This document shows, one piece after another, positions 1-9,166 of a stretch of DNA of 32,000 nucleotides (positions are counted from its first letter, which is position 1; each line of letters begins with the position of its first letter). The stretch is taken from positions 510,001 through 542,000 of the forward strand of contig NZ_PQWO01000001.1 in NCBI RefSeq assembly GCF_003231495.1. Reading direction: 5' to 3'. Under the pieces are notes generated by a model, which saw only the letters and a program-made list of their open reading frames with translations, had not been told where the DNA came from and did not search any database. The position numbers were made by a program, and so were the translations under genes. Origin of the DNA: Acaryochloris thomasi RCC1774. Lineage in GTDB: Bacteria; Cyanobacteriota; Cyanobacteriia; Thermosynechococcales; Thermosynechococcaceae.

Positions 1-833
1 GTGTTTCAGGTGAGGGAAGATCACTCTATGGAGTGACAGTAGGCGATAAACCTGCTACCCGTACAATCGTTATCATTGCAGGCTGTCATGCTGATGAGAT
101 TATTGGCCCACTTGCTGCTGTATCTATGATTCAAGACCTGGTACGACAGCCTCTTCTAGGTGTGAAATTTAAGATCGTACCAGTTGTTGATCCAGATTTT
201 CTACATCGAAACGCAGAAGCATTACCAGTAACCCCTACTTTGCACGATTTGCTCAGCGTGAATCAAAACCGTGATCTAGAAGGGCACTTTACTGACAAAA
301 CTTACCCTGAATGCGTCGCTATTCGTCAGTGGATTCAACGATCTGCTCAGATTGACGCTTACTTTTCCTTGCACTCAGCAGGTTTAATTTCGCCAGGACT
401 GTTTTTCTACGTGGGCAGTGGTACTGAGACGCGCTGTGTTGGTCATGTAGCAGATTGCGTTGCTGCTGCGACGCCCGACTACATTCCACTCTTGACTCAT
501 GATCCGACCGGAGAAACTCAAACAGTTTTGTCTCCAGGATTTCTAGAAGTGGCTATTCCTAATGTCGAAGAGCTAGATCCAGAAAAGCCTAGCAATTCTC
601 TTGCCTTCATCGCGCATCACTTTCAGCCTCAGTTCATTGGAGTCTCGGAGATACCCTTGGCCGTCTGTCCTGCGCTAAGTAACGTTTCACTATCTGAAAT
701 TGATCAATGCAATCGTCGATTCAGTCGGACAGGCCATATCGACCATGCATTTCAAGAAATTAGCTTGGATACCCAATTGTTCATCATAAAAACTTTTATT
801 GAATCTGTTGCTCAGTATATCGTTACCGCATAA
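1..833 (+). CDS. M14-family zinc carboxypeptidase-like protein (5' end cut by window edge)
   Basis: Frame 3 is open from nt 3 to the stop at 831-833. Upstream of the GTG at 33 it reads SGEGRSLYG, then VTVGDKPATRTIVIIAGCHADEIIG. This is the EGR block plus the HxxE zinc-ligand motif of M14 peptidases. FSLHSAG later gives the context of the third zinc-ligand His. Motif recognition only. Confidence 0.6.
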   Translation, partial: VSGEGRSLYGVTVGDKPATRTIVIIAGCHADEIIGPLAAVSMIQDLVRQPLLGVKFKIVPVVDPDFLHRNAEALPVTPTLHDLLSVNQNRDLEGHFTDKTYPECVAIRQWIQRSAQIDAYFSLHSAGLISPGLFFYVGSGTETRCVGHVADCVAAATPDYIPLLTHDPTGETQTVLSPGFLEVAIPNVEELDPEKPSNSLAFIAHHFQPQFIGVSEIPLAVCPALSNVSLSEIDQCNRRFSRTGHIDHAFQEISLDTQLFIIKTFIESVAQYIVTA

Positions 834-960
834 GCTCACGAATGGTCAGTCAATGTCATCTCTCTTGCTCGGGCGGAGGGCAGGGCTAGATCAGCTTCGG
901 TCAATAGAAGCGTGTATAGAGTAGCTATTGCCCATGTCCCACGCCCCATTCTCTCCCTGT

Positions 961-1797
961 ATGAAAATTGGCATTGTTGGTTTAGGTCTCATCGGTGGTT
1001 CCCTCGGACTTGATTTCCGTGCTCTAGGCCACCAGGTTTTAGGCGTCAGCCGGAAGCCTCAGACCTGTGAGCTGGCGCTGCAGCGGGGAGCGGTCGATCA
1101 AGCTAGCGACGATCTGTCGCTGTTGTCAACAGCAGACGTTGTTTTTATTTGTACACCGTTGGGATCGATGCGAAACGTTGTTGAGCGGCTTATTCCCTAT
1201 TTATACACCGATGCTATTGTTACCGATGTTGGGTCGGTGAAAGCCTCTGTCGTCGATGCTCTTCATCCCCTATGGCCTCGTTTTTTAGGAGGCCATCCCA
1301 TGTCTGGGACTGAGGCGGCAGGCATTGAAGCCGCGCAGTCAAACTTATTTCAGGGTAATTCCTATGTGCTGACACCCGTTGATGAAACACCAGCAGAGAT
1401 TATCCCCATTGTTGAACCCCTTGTCCAAAGCCTCGGGGGAACGGTGTATAAATGTGCCCCCGCAGAACATGATCGCGCGGTGGCCTGGATTTCTCATTTA
1501 CCTGCGATCGCAAGCACAACCCTGATCGCAGCCTGCCTCCAAGAGACTGACTCAGACGTGTTCAAACTCGCTCAAGATCTCGCCAGCTCGGGCTTCCGCG
1601 ACACCAGCCGAGTCGGAGGCGGCAACCCCGAACTCACCCGCATGATGGCCGAACACAACCCGGATGCACTGCTGCAATCCTTAAGAGCCTATCGCCAGAC
1701 CCTAGACCAGTTGACCCAGCTCATTGAGCAAGGCGACTGGGACACGCTAGAAGCCCAGTGCATCCAAACACAAAAGATTCGCCCTCAATTCATGTAG
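961..1797 (+). CDS. tyrA: Prephenate/arogenate dehydrogenase
   Basis: N-terminal Rossmann motif MKIGIVGLGLIGGSLG, a catalytic-region GGHPMSGTE motif and HDRAVAWISHLP. The ORF track begins at TTG 928; ATG 934 and ATG 961 are alternatives. 961 gives the canonical MKIGIVG start. Confidence 0.85.
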   Translation: MKIGIVGLGLIGGSLGLDFRALGHQVLGVSRKPQTCELALQRGAVDQASDDLSLLSTADVVFICTPLGSMRNVVERLIPYLYTDAIVTDVGSVKASVVDALHPLWPRFLGGHPMSGTEAAGIEAAQSNLFQGNSYVLTPVDETPAEIIPIVEPLVQSLGGTVYKCAPAEHDRAVAWISHLPAIASTTLIAACLQETDSDVFKLAQDLASSGFRDTSRVGGGNPELTRMMAEHNPDALLQSLRAYRQTLDQLTQLIEQGDWDTLEAQCIQTQKIRPQFM

Positions 1798-2896
1798 CCG
1801 TCGCGGTTAGAGCATCATGCTGACATCCCAAGGAGCCGAAGCGCTCCCAGCTAAAGGATTCCAGCAAAGGATCTGTCGTTTGCGTTAGAACCAATTCAGC
1901 AATCAGCGCAGCAGTAATTGGAGTGAGTAAAATGCCGTTGCGATAATGTCCGGTTGCAAGCACTAAATTCTCATAGGGACTCGCCCCTAGAATCGGCAGC
2001 TCATCCGGTGTCGTGGGTCGGAAGCCCCACCAAAATTCTTCCATCACGTAGTCGGCAAAACCCGGGAATAGACGAGTCGCCGCCGTCAAAAGCTGCTGAA
2101 TACCCGCAGGGGTATTGTGGGGCGCGAAACCCACATCTTCACTCGTGGCCCCCACCACAATCTGGCCCCCCTGGCGCGGCACCAGGTAGATTTCGGAACC
2201 GAACAAGACCTGATTGAGCCGAACGGCATGGGGTTGTGCCTTGACAGAGAGCAACTGCCCCTTACGCGGAAAAACCGGTACCGGCAGCAGATCTGCAGAC
2301 CAAGCCCCGGTAGTCAGCACATAGGTCTGGGCCTGCCAATCGCCAGCCGTTGTCTCAACCTGCGTAATCCGGTGGGCATCATGCTGAATCTTTTTCACCG
2401 TTATGCCATCAAAAAGCTGAACTCCAAGCTGCTGAGCTGCAGCATAGAGCACCTGCGCCAGCGCTCTGTTGTTCACCTGAGCATCATCTGGGAACCACCA
2501 GCCCCCTTTAACTTCAGCGCTTAACCCCGGCTGCCGCTGATTGAGGGTCTCGGGCTGCAGCCAGTCTGATGCATGGAGCGAGTGACCCGGCGGCGGCTCA
2601 TACAAGGGAGATAAAATACCACAGGGCCAGTACCCGGCGTCTAAGCCAGTGAGTTCTTCTAACCCTTGAATCCAGTCGGGGTACATCGACCGGCTTTGCA
2701 AGCAAAGGTCTAGCATAGAGCTAGCAGCTAACCCCTCTGCTTGGGGGGCCAGCATCCCGGCGGCGGCATGAACGGCTGCTTCTTCAAAACTACGGCTAAG
2801 GACAGTCACCTGTCGGTCTTGACGGGCCAGCTCAATGGCTGTCGCTAACCCCATTGCACCGCCACCGATGATTAGAATATCTGCACTGGAGTTCAT
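1790..2896 (-). CDS. thiO: FAD-dependent glycine oxidase (ThiO-type)
   Basis: 368-aa ORF with the N-terminal dinucleotide-binding motif DILIIGGGAMGLATAIELA and a C-terminal LATGHYRNGILLTP motif typical of the DAO/ThiO family. Convergent with tyrA, overlapping it by 8 nt. Confidence 0.7.
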   Translation of the reverse strand: MNSSADILIIGGGAMGLATAIELARQDRQVTVLSRSFEEAAVHAAAGMLAPQAEGLAASSMLDLCLQSRSMYPDWIQGLEELTGLDAGYWPCGILSPLYEPPPGHSLHASDWLQPETLNQRQPGLSAEVKGGWWFPDDAQVNNRALAQVLYAAAQQLGVQLFDGITVKKIQHDAHRITQVETTAGDWQAQTYVLTTGAWSADLLPVPVFPRKGQLLSVKAQPHAVRLNQVLFGSEIYLVPRQGGQIVVGATSEDVGFAPHNTPAGIQQLLTAATRLFPGFADYVMEEFWWGFRPTTPDELPILGASPYENLVLATGHYRNGILLTPITAALIAELVLTQTTDPLLESFSWERFGSLGCQHDALTATAT

Positions 2897-2986
2897 TCAG
2901 GCTGTGACGTATCTATCAAAATAAGGCATCACTTAATTCTATAGTGAATCTCCTGTCTCTCGTTGCTCTCCGATAAGGCTATCAAC

Positions 2987-3583
2987 ATGACTCAAGTATC
3001 CATCGCAGCGCTCGTTGCGGCCGCTCGCTCTGGTCGGTTGGTGAGTTTTCCCACCGATACGGTCCCGGCGTTGGCAGCCTGTCCCACCGCGACACACGCT
3101 ATTTATGCTGCAAAACATCGTCCGGCGGATAAACCTCTAATTTTGATGGCTGCAACACCGGGCGAACTCTGGCCGTTTGTCCAAGGCAGTACAGAAGAAC
3201 AACGGTGCTGGCAGCAGATGGCGGCTCGCTCTTGGCCAGGGGCCGTAACGCTGGTTCTACCCGCCAGCGATCGCATCCCGCCAGGACTTGGCTCTCAGGC
3301 TAGAACGATTGGTTTGAGAGTCCCCCAGTGGACCCTGACCCAAATTATTCTGCAGCAAACGGGCCCACTCGCCACCACCAGCGTCAATGAATCTAATCAC
3401 CCTCCCCTGCTATCAGTGGCAGAAATACAAGACCAGTTTCCAGATGTGCTGCTGTCCCAGGACTGGCCGCTTCCGACAGTTCCTGAAGGGCAGCCCCCCA
3501 TTCCCTCAACGGTCATGCAGTGGACGGGCGGTTCTGAGTGGAGCGTTCTCCGGCAGGGGGCGGCCAGAGTTGAGATTTTGTGA
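2987..3583 (+). CDS. tsaC: L-threonylcarbamoyladenylate synthase (YrdC/Sua5-domain, TsaC-like)
   Basis: YrdC-domain motifs are FPTDTVPALA, KHRPADKPLILM, GLRVP and ATTSVNES. The ATG at 2987 is preferred over the TTG at 2963. Confidence 0.7.
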   Translation: MTQVSIAALVAAARSGRLVSFPTDTVPALAACPTATHAIYAAKHRPADKPLILMAATPGELWPFVQGSTEEQRCWQQMAARSWPGAVTLVLPASDRIPPGLGSQARTIGLRVPQWTLTQIILQQTGPLATTSVNESNHPPLLSVAEIQDQFPDVLLSQDWPLPTVPEGQPPIPSTVMQWTGGSEWSVLRQGAARVEIL

Positions 3584-3970
3584 TCCGGTAAAGGAGAGCA
3601 CCACAAACTGATTGGCAATGCCCAAGACCTTCAAGGAATGTAGGGGCAGCTCCGTTGTATATAAGCTAAACAGCCAGAGATTCTGGCGCTGGGTGTTGTA
3701 AGTCACAAACTGCTGAATATCAGCAGCGCTGTCCACGGATAAGGTTTTGCAACTATTTCCCCACAGCTTTTCGAGTACATCAGATTGCTGCTGGTTGGCC
3801 TGACAAATATCACGCAGCAGCAAGTCCACTGTTTGCTGCGTTGCAAATTCGCTGTAGGCCGACTCACCAGGATTGGAAAGCACTAACAGCGCACTCATGC
3901 CCGTTACAACAACTGCACTGAGGTACTGAATGCTTTTAGTGGCTATGGCCGCCATAGAATCTGTCGCCAT
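3506..3970 (-). CDS. Small membrane protein (DUF4359-like), hypothetical
   Basis: 154-aa ORF with an N-terminal hydrophobic helix (YLSAVVVTGMSALLVLS) followed by NPGESAYSEFA. It resembles a conserved cyanobacterial DUF family from memory. The 3' 78 nt overlap the end of tsaC, so the true C-terminus is uncertain. Confidence 0.4.
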   Translation of the reverse strand: MATDSMAAIATKSIQYLSAVVVTGMSALLVLSNPGESAYSEFATQQTVDLLLRDICQANQQQSDVLEKLWGNSCKTLSVDSAADIQQFVTYNTQRQNLWLFSLYTTELPLHSLKVLGIANQFVVLSFTGSQNLNSGRPLPENAPLRTARPLHDR

Positions 3971-4059
3971 TTCACAGATGATATTTCATTAAGGCTGGAA
4001 ATAAAGCTACACACCTTTACCCCATTTTAACGGTCACTCATGACTCTGAGTATCGGACT

Positions 4060-4833
4060 CTAGGTTGTTTTAAGCAGTTGTTCCATGACTGCAGGATTGA
4101 GGGGTAAATCTAGCACTTGACCGTCCAGTACAAAAAATGGGGTGCGGTCAATGCCGATCTGTTCTCCGAGTGTGACATCTGCTTGGATGGCGGCTGCGGC
4201 TGCAGGACTGTTGCGATCGCGATTAAATTGCTCCATTTTCAGCTCAAGCCGTTGGGCAATCTCGATATACAACGTTTCCCCAAGTTCTTCTTGCTGAGCG
4301 AACAGTGCATCATGGTACTCCCAGAATTTATTCTGCTGTTGGGCCGCCCACGAGGCTTGAGCTGCAGCTTGGGCTTGGTCATGAATCGTTGTGAGCGGGA
4401 AGTGCTTATAGACCAGGGTCACCTGCTCGGAATGCTCCTCGACAAACTGGCGGACTGCTGGAGCCGACATCGCGCAAAAGGGACATTCAAAGTCTGAGAA
4501 CTCTAGCAGTAGCGCTTGATCTTGTGCGCCTTTAGTGGGGGATGCACCCGTCAGAACTTGAGGCTGGTTCGCCAGCTCTTTTAGAACCCCCTGCTGCTGT
4601 TGTCGCTGCGCCTGCCGTTTTTGCGCCTCATAGTTTTGAACTGATTCCAAGATCACTTCCGGGTGATCGCGGATAATTTGGAGAACCTGCTCTTCTAAAG
4701 AGGCCGCTGCCACCCCCAACGGATGAAAGGCAAACAGAAACAGCAAAGTAAGAATGATAGCGATTGTACGCAAGGGATTATTCTCCAAAACAGGATCAGG
4801 ATAGATCAAACGCAAGCCGATCTGCAGGGGCAA
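4060..4833 (-). CDS. DsbA-family thiol:disulfide oxidoreductase (thioredoxin fold)
   Basis: CxxC active site within FSDFECPFCA, plus an N-terminal hydrophobic anchor or signal and a Q-rich linker. The ORF starts at TTG 4833, so the start is uncertain. Confidence 0.75.
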   Translation of the reverse strand: MPLQIGLRLIYPDPVLENNPLRTIAIILTLLFLFAFHPLGVAAASLEEQVLQIIRDHPEVILESVQNYEAQKRQAQRQQQQGVLKELANQPQVLTGASPTKGAQDQALLLEFSDFECPFCAMSAPAVRQFVEEHSEQVTLVYKHFPLTTIHDQAQAAAQASWAAQQQNKFWEYHDALFAQQEELGETLYIEIAQRLELKMEQFNRDRNSPAAAAAIQADVTLGEQIGIDRTPFFVLDGQVLDLPLNPAVMEQLLKTT

Positions 4834-4943
4834 TCGATGCAGATTCTTCTGATCAATGATGCAGATATCCGTGCAAATTCAGTCTAAATCAATATTGATC
4901 AGGCATAATGACCCCAACTATCCAACAGATTGGAGAACATATC

Positions 4944-5417
4944 ATGGACCGTCGAACGTTTATGTCTTGGGTTGGGTTAGGGTTCGTCGCCACGAGCTTG
5001 CCCGTTGCGATCGCAGCTTGCTCTTCTGACACAGCTGAATCCCCGACTGCGGATGCACCCGCCGATGCCCCACCACCGCCACCACCAGGAGCGCCCGCCC
5101 GGGAAGATGGTTTTGTTGAGGTCGGTACCGTTGCTGATCTAGACGCCAATGGTGCGATTGCAGATAAAGACTTTAGCGCCGGTCCTTTGTCTGTTTTTCG
5201 TGACCCTGCCAACAGTGAAGCGCTGATTGCGGTGAATGCCACCTGTGCCCACCAGGGCTGTGTCGCAGACTGGAGCAAAGATGCCAGTCTGCTCATCTGT
5301 CCCTGTCACGGTTCTAAATTCAATCCCGACGGCAGCATTGACACCGGCCCTGTCGAAAAGCCCCTTGATGTCTTTGAAGCCAAAATTGATGGAGAGGCTG
5401 TGTTAGTCAAGGCTTAA
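4944..5417 (+). CDS. Small Rieske [2Fe-2S] protein with a Tat signal and lipobox (PetC3-like)
   Basis: Twin-arginine leader MDRRTFMSWVG, lipobox AIAAC, and a Pro/Ala-rich linker. Rieske boxes CAHQGC and CPCHGSKF are both present. Confidence 0.8.
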   Translation: MDRRTFMSWVGLGFVATSLPVAIAACSSDTAESPTADAPADAPPPPPPGAPAREDGFVEVGTVADLDANGAIADKDFSAGPLSVFRDPANSEALIAVNATCAHQGCVADWSKDASLLICPCHGSKFNPDGSIDTGPVEKPLDVFEAKIDGEAVLVKA

Positions 5418-5670
5418 CTTTAGATGAGGGGCGATTAGTATCGCCCCCAATCGATTCATCTGGAGGTGGATGTAGTCCAGCTTGAATCCAAAAGCGTCTT
5501 GCACTCTGAATAGAGTCATTCTCTGGATAGCGAGTATCGTTAAGATCAAGGCGGTTACAAGTCGCTCGCCCTATAGGAGAAAGCCCCTCAATCAAGATCC
5601 CGGCTGCCTCCCATAGCAGTATTCACATAGGTAGTTGGCTCTTTCTCGCACAAACTGCCAATCTATTTCA

Positions 5671-5931
5671 TTAATCGGCATTCTGGGCCGCAGTCATCGC
5701 GTTAATGTGCGTAAAAATTCGGTCTAGTTCACCAATGGACTGGAGTTCTGTCTCTTCTTCCAAAGTCAATAGATCCGCCTTCCGTTTTTCTAAAAGCTTC
5801 TCCATCCGATCTTGCAAAGATTCGCTGAACTTGAACAGGTTCAAGTGCCCCACTTGTTCCATACGGATTTCATGGATAAGAGAAGACGGTTGAGTTAATA
5901 CAGTAACCACATTGCCTCCTTGCTCCCGCAA
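5671..5931 (-). CDS. Small hypothetical protein (helical, antitoxin-like composition)
   Basis: 86-aa ORF. The segment LQDRMEKLLEKRKADLLTLEEETELQSIGELD resembles short helical proteins common in cyanobacteria. No catalytic motif. An internal start at MEQVGH is possible. Confidence 0.3.
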   Translation of the reverse strand: MREQGGNVVTVLTQPSSLIHEIRMEQVGHLNLFKFSESLQDRMEKLLEKRKADLLTLEEETELQSIGELDRIFTHINAMTAAQNAD

Positions 5932-5954
5932 ATTATAACAATTGCCCTATTGCC

Positions 5955-5992
5955 TCCCCCGTCTGTGCTTAGAAGCAAACAGGATCGGGGGA
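5955..5992 (-). terminator. Extended stem-loop downstream of gnd
   Basis: TCCCCCG (5955-5961) pairs with CGGGGGA (5986-5992). Inner pairs are CTGT/ACAG and GCTT/AAGC. There is no clear U-tract, so a terminator role is tentative. Confidence 0.3.
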
Positions 5993-6044
5993 AGGACAAC
6001 ATGAGCAAGAACAAATGGCTGATCAAGCCAGTGAAGCTTTAGAT

Positions 6045-7475
6045 CTAGCCCCTGGGCGCTTCAGTAATGGTGGTCCATTCTGTGTGGAAGCTACCGTCTT
6101 TATCGACGCGCTCGTAGGTGTGGGCACCAAAGAAGTCGCGCTGAGCCTGCGTCAGGTTCTGAGGCAAATGCTCACGCCGATAGGAATCAAAGTAATCAAG
6201 GGAGGCGCTAAAGGCAGGCACCGGCACCCCGATCTTGGCAGCGGTTGCCATCACTTCTCGCCACGCTTCTTGGCGATCTAAAATCGTCTGCTTAAACTCA
6301 GGTGCAAGCAGCAGATTGGAGAGGTTCGGATCATCAGAGAACGCTTTCTTGATCTTGTCTAGAAAGCCCGCTCGAATAATGCAGCCGCCTTTCCAAATGC
6401 GGGAAATCTCGCCCAGATCGAGATTAAAGCCAAACTCCTTAGAAGCCGCGCCCATCAGCGCCATGCCCTGAGCGTAGGAGCAAATCTTAGAGCAGTACAG
6501 CGCATCCCGAACCTGATTGACAAAGGTCTGCTGATCGCCGTCATATTTCGCTGTGGGGCCTGACAGAATCTTCGAGGCTGCAATGCGCTCATCTTTGTAA
6601 GACGAAGCAATGCGCGCATTCACCGCTGCCGTAATGGTGGGAATGGGCACGCCCAGCTCTAGGGCGCTCATCACGGTCCAGCGGCCTGTGCCCTTTTGAC
6701 CGGCTTTATCCATAATCACGTCCACCAATGGCTTTTTGGTGTCAGGATCAATGTAGGTGAAGATCTCGGTTGTGATTTCAATCAAGAATGAATTTAGCTC
6801 ATCCGTCTTGTTCCAGTCGGCAAAGACATCGTGCAGCTGAGCCGCCGTCAGCCCCACAGATCGGAGTAAATCGTAGGCTTCAGCAATGAGCTGCATGTCG
6901 CCATATTCAATGCCGTTGTGAACCATCTTGACGTAGTGACCTGCGCCCCCTGGACCGATATAGGTCACACAGGGACCGTCATCAACTTGAGCAGCAATCT
7001 TGGTCAGAATCGGCTCAAGATCGGTATAGGCTTCTTGAGTACCACCCGGCATTAGACTGGGGCCATTAAGTGCTCCTTCTTCGCCACCGCTGACGCCCAT
7101 GCCAATAAACCGTAGGCCGTCTGCCTCTAACTCTTTGGTGCGACGAACCGTATCTTCGTAGAGAGAGTTACCGCCGTCAATGAGGGCATCGCCAGGCGAA
7201 AGCAGGGGCTTGAGCTGTTGAATAACGGCATCAACCGGGCCACCGGCTTTGACCATGATTACAATTCGGCGAGGCTGCGCGAGGGATTCCACCAATTCTT
7301 CTGGGGAATAGGTGGGCTTGATATTTCGACCCGCAGCGCGCTCTTTCATAAACTCGTCGGTCCGAGAGGCGGTGCGGTTGTACACGGCGACGGGGAAGCC
7401 ATTGCGTTCCACGTTGAGAGCGAGATTTTCACCCATCACGGCAAGGCCGATCAGACCAAATTGTTGCTGAGACAT
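6045..7475 (-). CDS. gnd: 6-phosphogluconate dehydrogenase, decarboxylating
   Basis: 476-aa ORF with GLIGLAVMGENLALN at the N-terminus, the signature IDGGNS, and full-length resemblance to Gnd (HNGIEYGDMQLIAEAY, GTGRWT). Confidence 0.95.
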   Translation of the reverse strand: MSQQQFGLIGLAVMGENLALNVERNGFPVAVYNRTASRTDEFMKERAAGRNIKPTYSPEELVESLAQPRRIVIMVKAGGPVDAVIQQLKPLLSPGDALIDGGNSLYEDTVRRTKELEADGLRFIGMGVSGGEEGALNGPSLMPGGTQEAYTDLEPILTKIAAQVDDGPCVTYIGPGGAGHYVKMVHNGIEYGDMQLIAEAYDLLRSVGLTAAQLHDVFADWNKTDELNSFLIEITTEIFTYIDPDTKKPLVDVIMDKAGQKGTGRWTVMSALELGVPIPTITAAVNARIASSYKDERIAASKILSGPTAKYDGDQQTFVNQVRDALYCSKICSYAQGMALMGAASKEFGFNLDLGEISRIWKGGCIIRAGFLDKIKKAFSDDPNLSNLLLAPEFKQTILDRQEAWREVMATAAKIGVPVPAFSASLDYFDSYRREHLPQNLTQAQRDFFGAHTYERVDKDGSFHTEWTTITEAPRG

Positions 7476-7581
7476 CGGTGGACTTCCTTCGGAACACGTT
7501 CGCCTTCAGCCTAGCTTGATCCCCTTGGTGGCTGATGGGTGTGAGATTAAAACACTCTTGAGATTTCCTGAAATATTGCGG

Positions 7582-8275
7582 CTAAGGCTCTTTAAGTGCC
7601 TGCTTAAGCTGCGGTAGAGTTCTGTCGTATTTTTGTAATCTTGCTCGATCCTGAACCGTGGGTGCTGCAATGCGGCTGAGATCCATGTTGTCTGTCATAT
7701 CGACAATTTTGACGCGTAGCGCCATCTGATTGGCAATCACGCGCTGTAAGTAGTCGTCCCTGAAAAACCTCATTAGCCCATATATCACCAGCCTTTCAGG
7801 CACTAAAATGTGGATCTAAATTGCAAGTAAATTCGCTGCCCCTTGCAAAAACTGGTGAAATGGCGCTTTTCTTAATTGCTTGAAGCCCCCAATCCATGTG
7901 TTTGCACAAATCTATGTGCTCCAAATCGGGTCTCCAGAAGCTCTGATATACAGGGGCCGCAGCAAAATACCTTCAAAATGCAAGGGGTTTTTCAGGGACG
8001 ACTAAGTAGGTTTCGTAGGCTTCAGCTTCTCGTTTCGTGATCGCATCAATGGCCGCAACGATGCGATCAGGGAAGCCGGCCCGTCGTAGCTCAGTCAACG
8101 TTAATTCAGAGTCTTCTACAGCATCGTGGAGAACGCCCACAATTTTGTCAGGGGTTGTGGACAATTGCTGCATGACTCTTAAGGGATGGCTGATATAAGG
8201 CTGTCCGGCTTTATCAACTTGACCTGCGTGGGCTTGGTGGGCGAGGTTAATAGCCGTCTGCAACAGATCAACCAT
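7582..8275 (-). pseudogene. SpoT/Mesh1-like HD-domain hydrolase gene, split by a MITE insertion
   Basis: The N-terminal fragment (7973-8275) carries AHAGQVDKAGQPYISHPLRV and VLHDAVEDS, the HD-domain ppGpp-hydrolase-type motifs. The C-terminal fragment (7582-7803, a different frame) carries RVKIVDMTDNMDL. Removing 256 bp fuses them in frame as ...EAYETYL|QRVIANQ... Confidence 0.75.
7754..8002. mobile_element. Non-autonomous MITE-like insertion (about 249 bp)
   Basis: Perfect 19-bp terminal inverted repeats: TAGTCGTCCCTGAAAAACC (7751-7769) and GGTTTTTCAGGGACGACTA (7986-8004). A 7-bp direct repeat TAAGTAG lies at 7747-7753 and 8003-8009. There is no internal ORF, and the element interrupts a recognisable gene. 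Confidence 0.7.
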
Positions 8276-9044
8276 GATCGAAGGACTGCATCAGCTCAGG
8301 CGTGAGGTCTTGAACGTTATTGAGAGTTGCGATCGCACCCACTTCCTTCAACTTCTGCGCATACTCTGGCGAATCTTGAGCATGGGGCGGCAGCACACCT
8401 ACACCGATCCAGTTGATGTTGGGATATTGCGATCGCGCATTAATCACCGTTTGAATATCTGCCACCGTGTCGCCCACATAAAAAACAGTCAGTGACAGAT
8501 TAGAATCCTGCCCCTCTCGCAGAGTCTCGACAGTCGCCATCAGCCCTGTAGGATCGGGTTTGCCGGGAGCATCCTCCATTGCCACCAGTACCGGAGACTC
8601 TAGCTCTAGCCGATGCTCTAAAACATAGGAAGCAGAACCACGCGTCGCTCCACTAAAAAAACCCCAGGCAATATTCGCTTGCGTGAGCTGTTCTAAATAG
8701 GCACGGGTCATGAGCAGCGGTTCATTTTGGATGTAGCCGGAGAAATCCTGCCCCCGATAGCGGCTTTGAAAAAAATCAACCAGGGCAGAGTAGTCAATCG
8801 TGGGTCGCTCTAAATTTTGGGCTTTGCAAAAACGATAAACTAGCTCTTCAGAAGCCTTCCAGTCATTGTTCCAGCAGCCTTCTGCCTTGAGTGCATCAAT
8901 CTCTGCCATCGTGGGCCGGTACTGACCTTGGGTAAATTGTTCGACGGTGTCAGCCAATGCTCGCCGATAGGAGCCTGCAACATCGCGCACAACACCATCA
9001 ATATCAAAAACGACCATTAGTGCCCGAGATTGAGAATCCTGCAT
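8268..9044 (-). CDS. HAD-superfamily hydrolase
   Basis: HAD motif I VVFDIDGVVRD and motif IV YVGDTVADI. The stop overlaps the HD-gene start by 8 nt (ATGGTTGA), which suggests an operon. Confidence 0.7.
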   Translation of the reverse strand: MQDSQSRALMVVFDIDGVVRDVAGSYRRALADTVEQFTQGQYRPTMAEIDALKAEGCWNNDWKASEELVYRFCKAQNLERPTIDYSALVDFFQSRYRGQDFSGYIQNEPLLMTRAYLEQLTQANIAWGFFSGATRGSASYVLEHRLELESPVLVAMEDAPGKPDPTGLMATVETLREGQDSNLSLTVFYVGDTVADIQTVINARSQYPNINWIGVGVLPPHAQDSPEYAQKLKEVGAIATLNNVQDLTPELMQSFDHG

Positions 9045-9166
9045 GTTAATGATTAAGAACAGATCGCCATCATGCTACATCACTGACGTTTTCTCGTAGT
9101 CGAGACACCCTGAATGCGTTAAAATTGATGTCGTTCAATACGCAGTTTTAAGTTCTGGAGGTTTGA

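Noticed and set aside
1954-2524. Two plus-strand ORFs (87 and 135 aa) inside thiO
   Set aside because: They are antisense to a well-supported FAD-oxidase ORF, with Pro/Arg/Ser-rich low-complexity translations typical of antisense frames.
2897-2986. Possible TPP riboswitch upstream of thiO
   Set aside because: The 90-nt divergent promoter region has no CUGAGA / ACCUGAUCUGGAUAAUGCCAGCG-like TPP-aptamer core on either strand and is too short.
4889-5296. 135-aa minus-strand ORF with a GGGGGG run
   Set aside because: It is antisense to the Rieske gene. The poly-Gly is the complement of the poly-Pro linker.
5407-5595. 62-aa minus-strand ORF downstream of the Rieske gene
   Set aside because: TTG start, no recognisable motif, and it overlaps the Rieske stop. 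I could not support it as a gene, though a gene fragment cannot be excluded.
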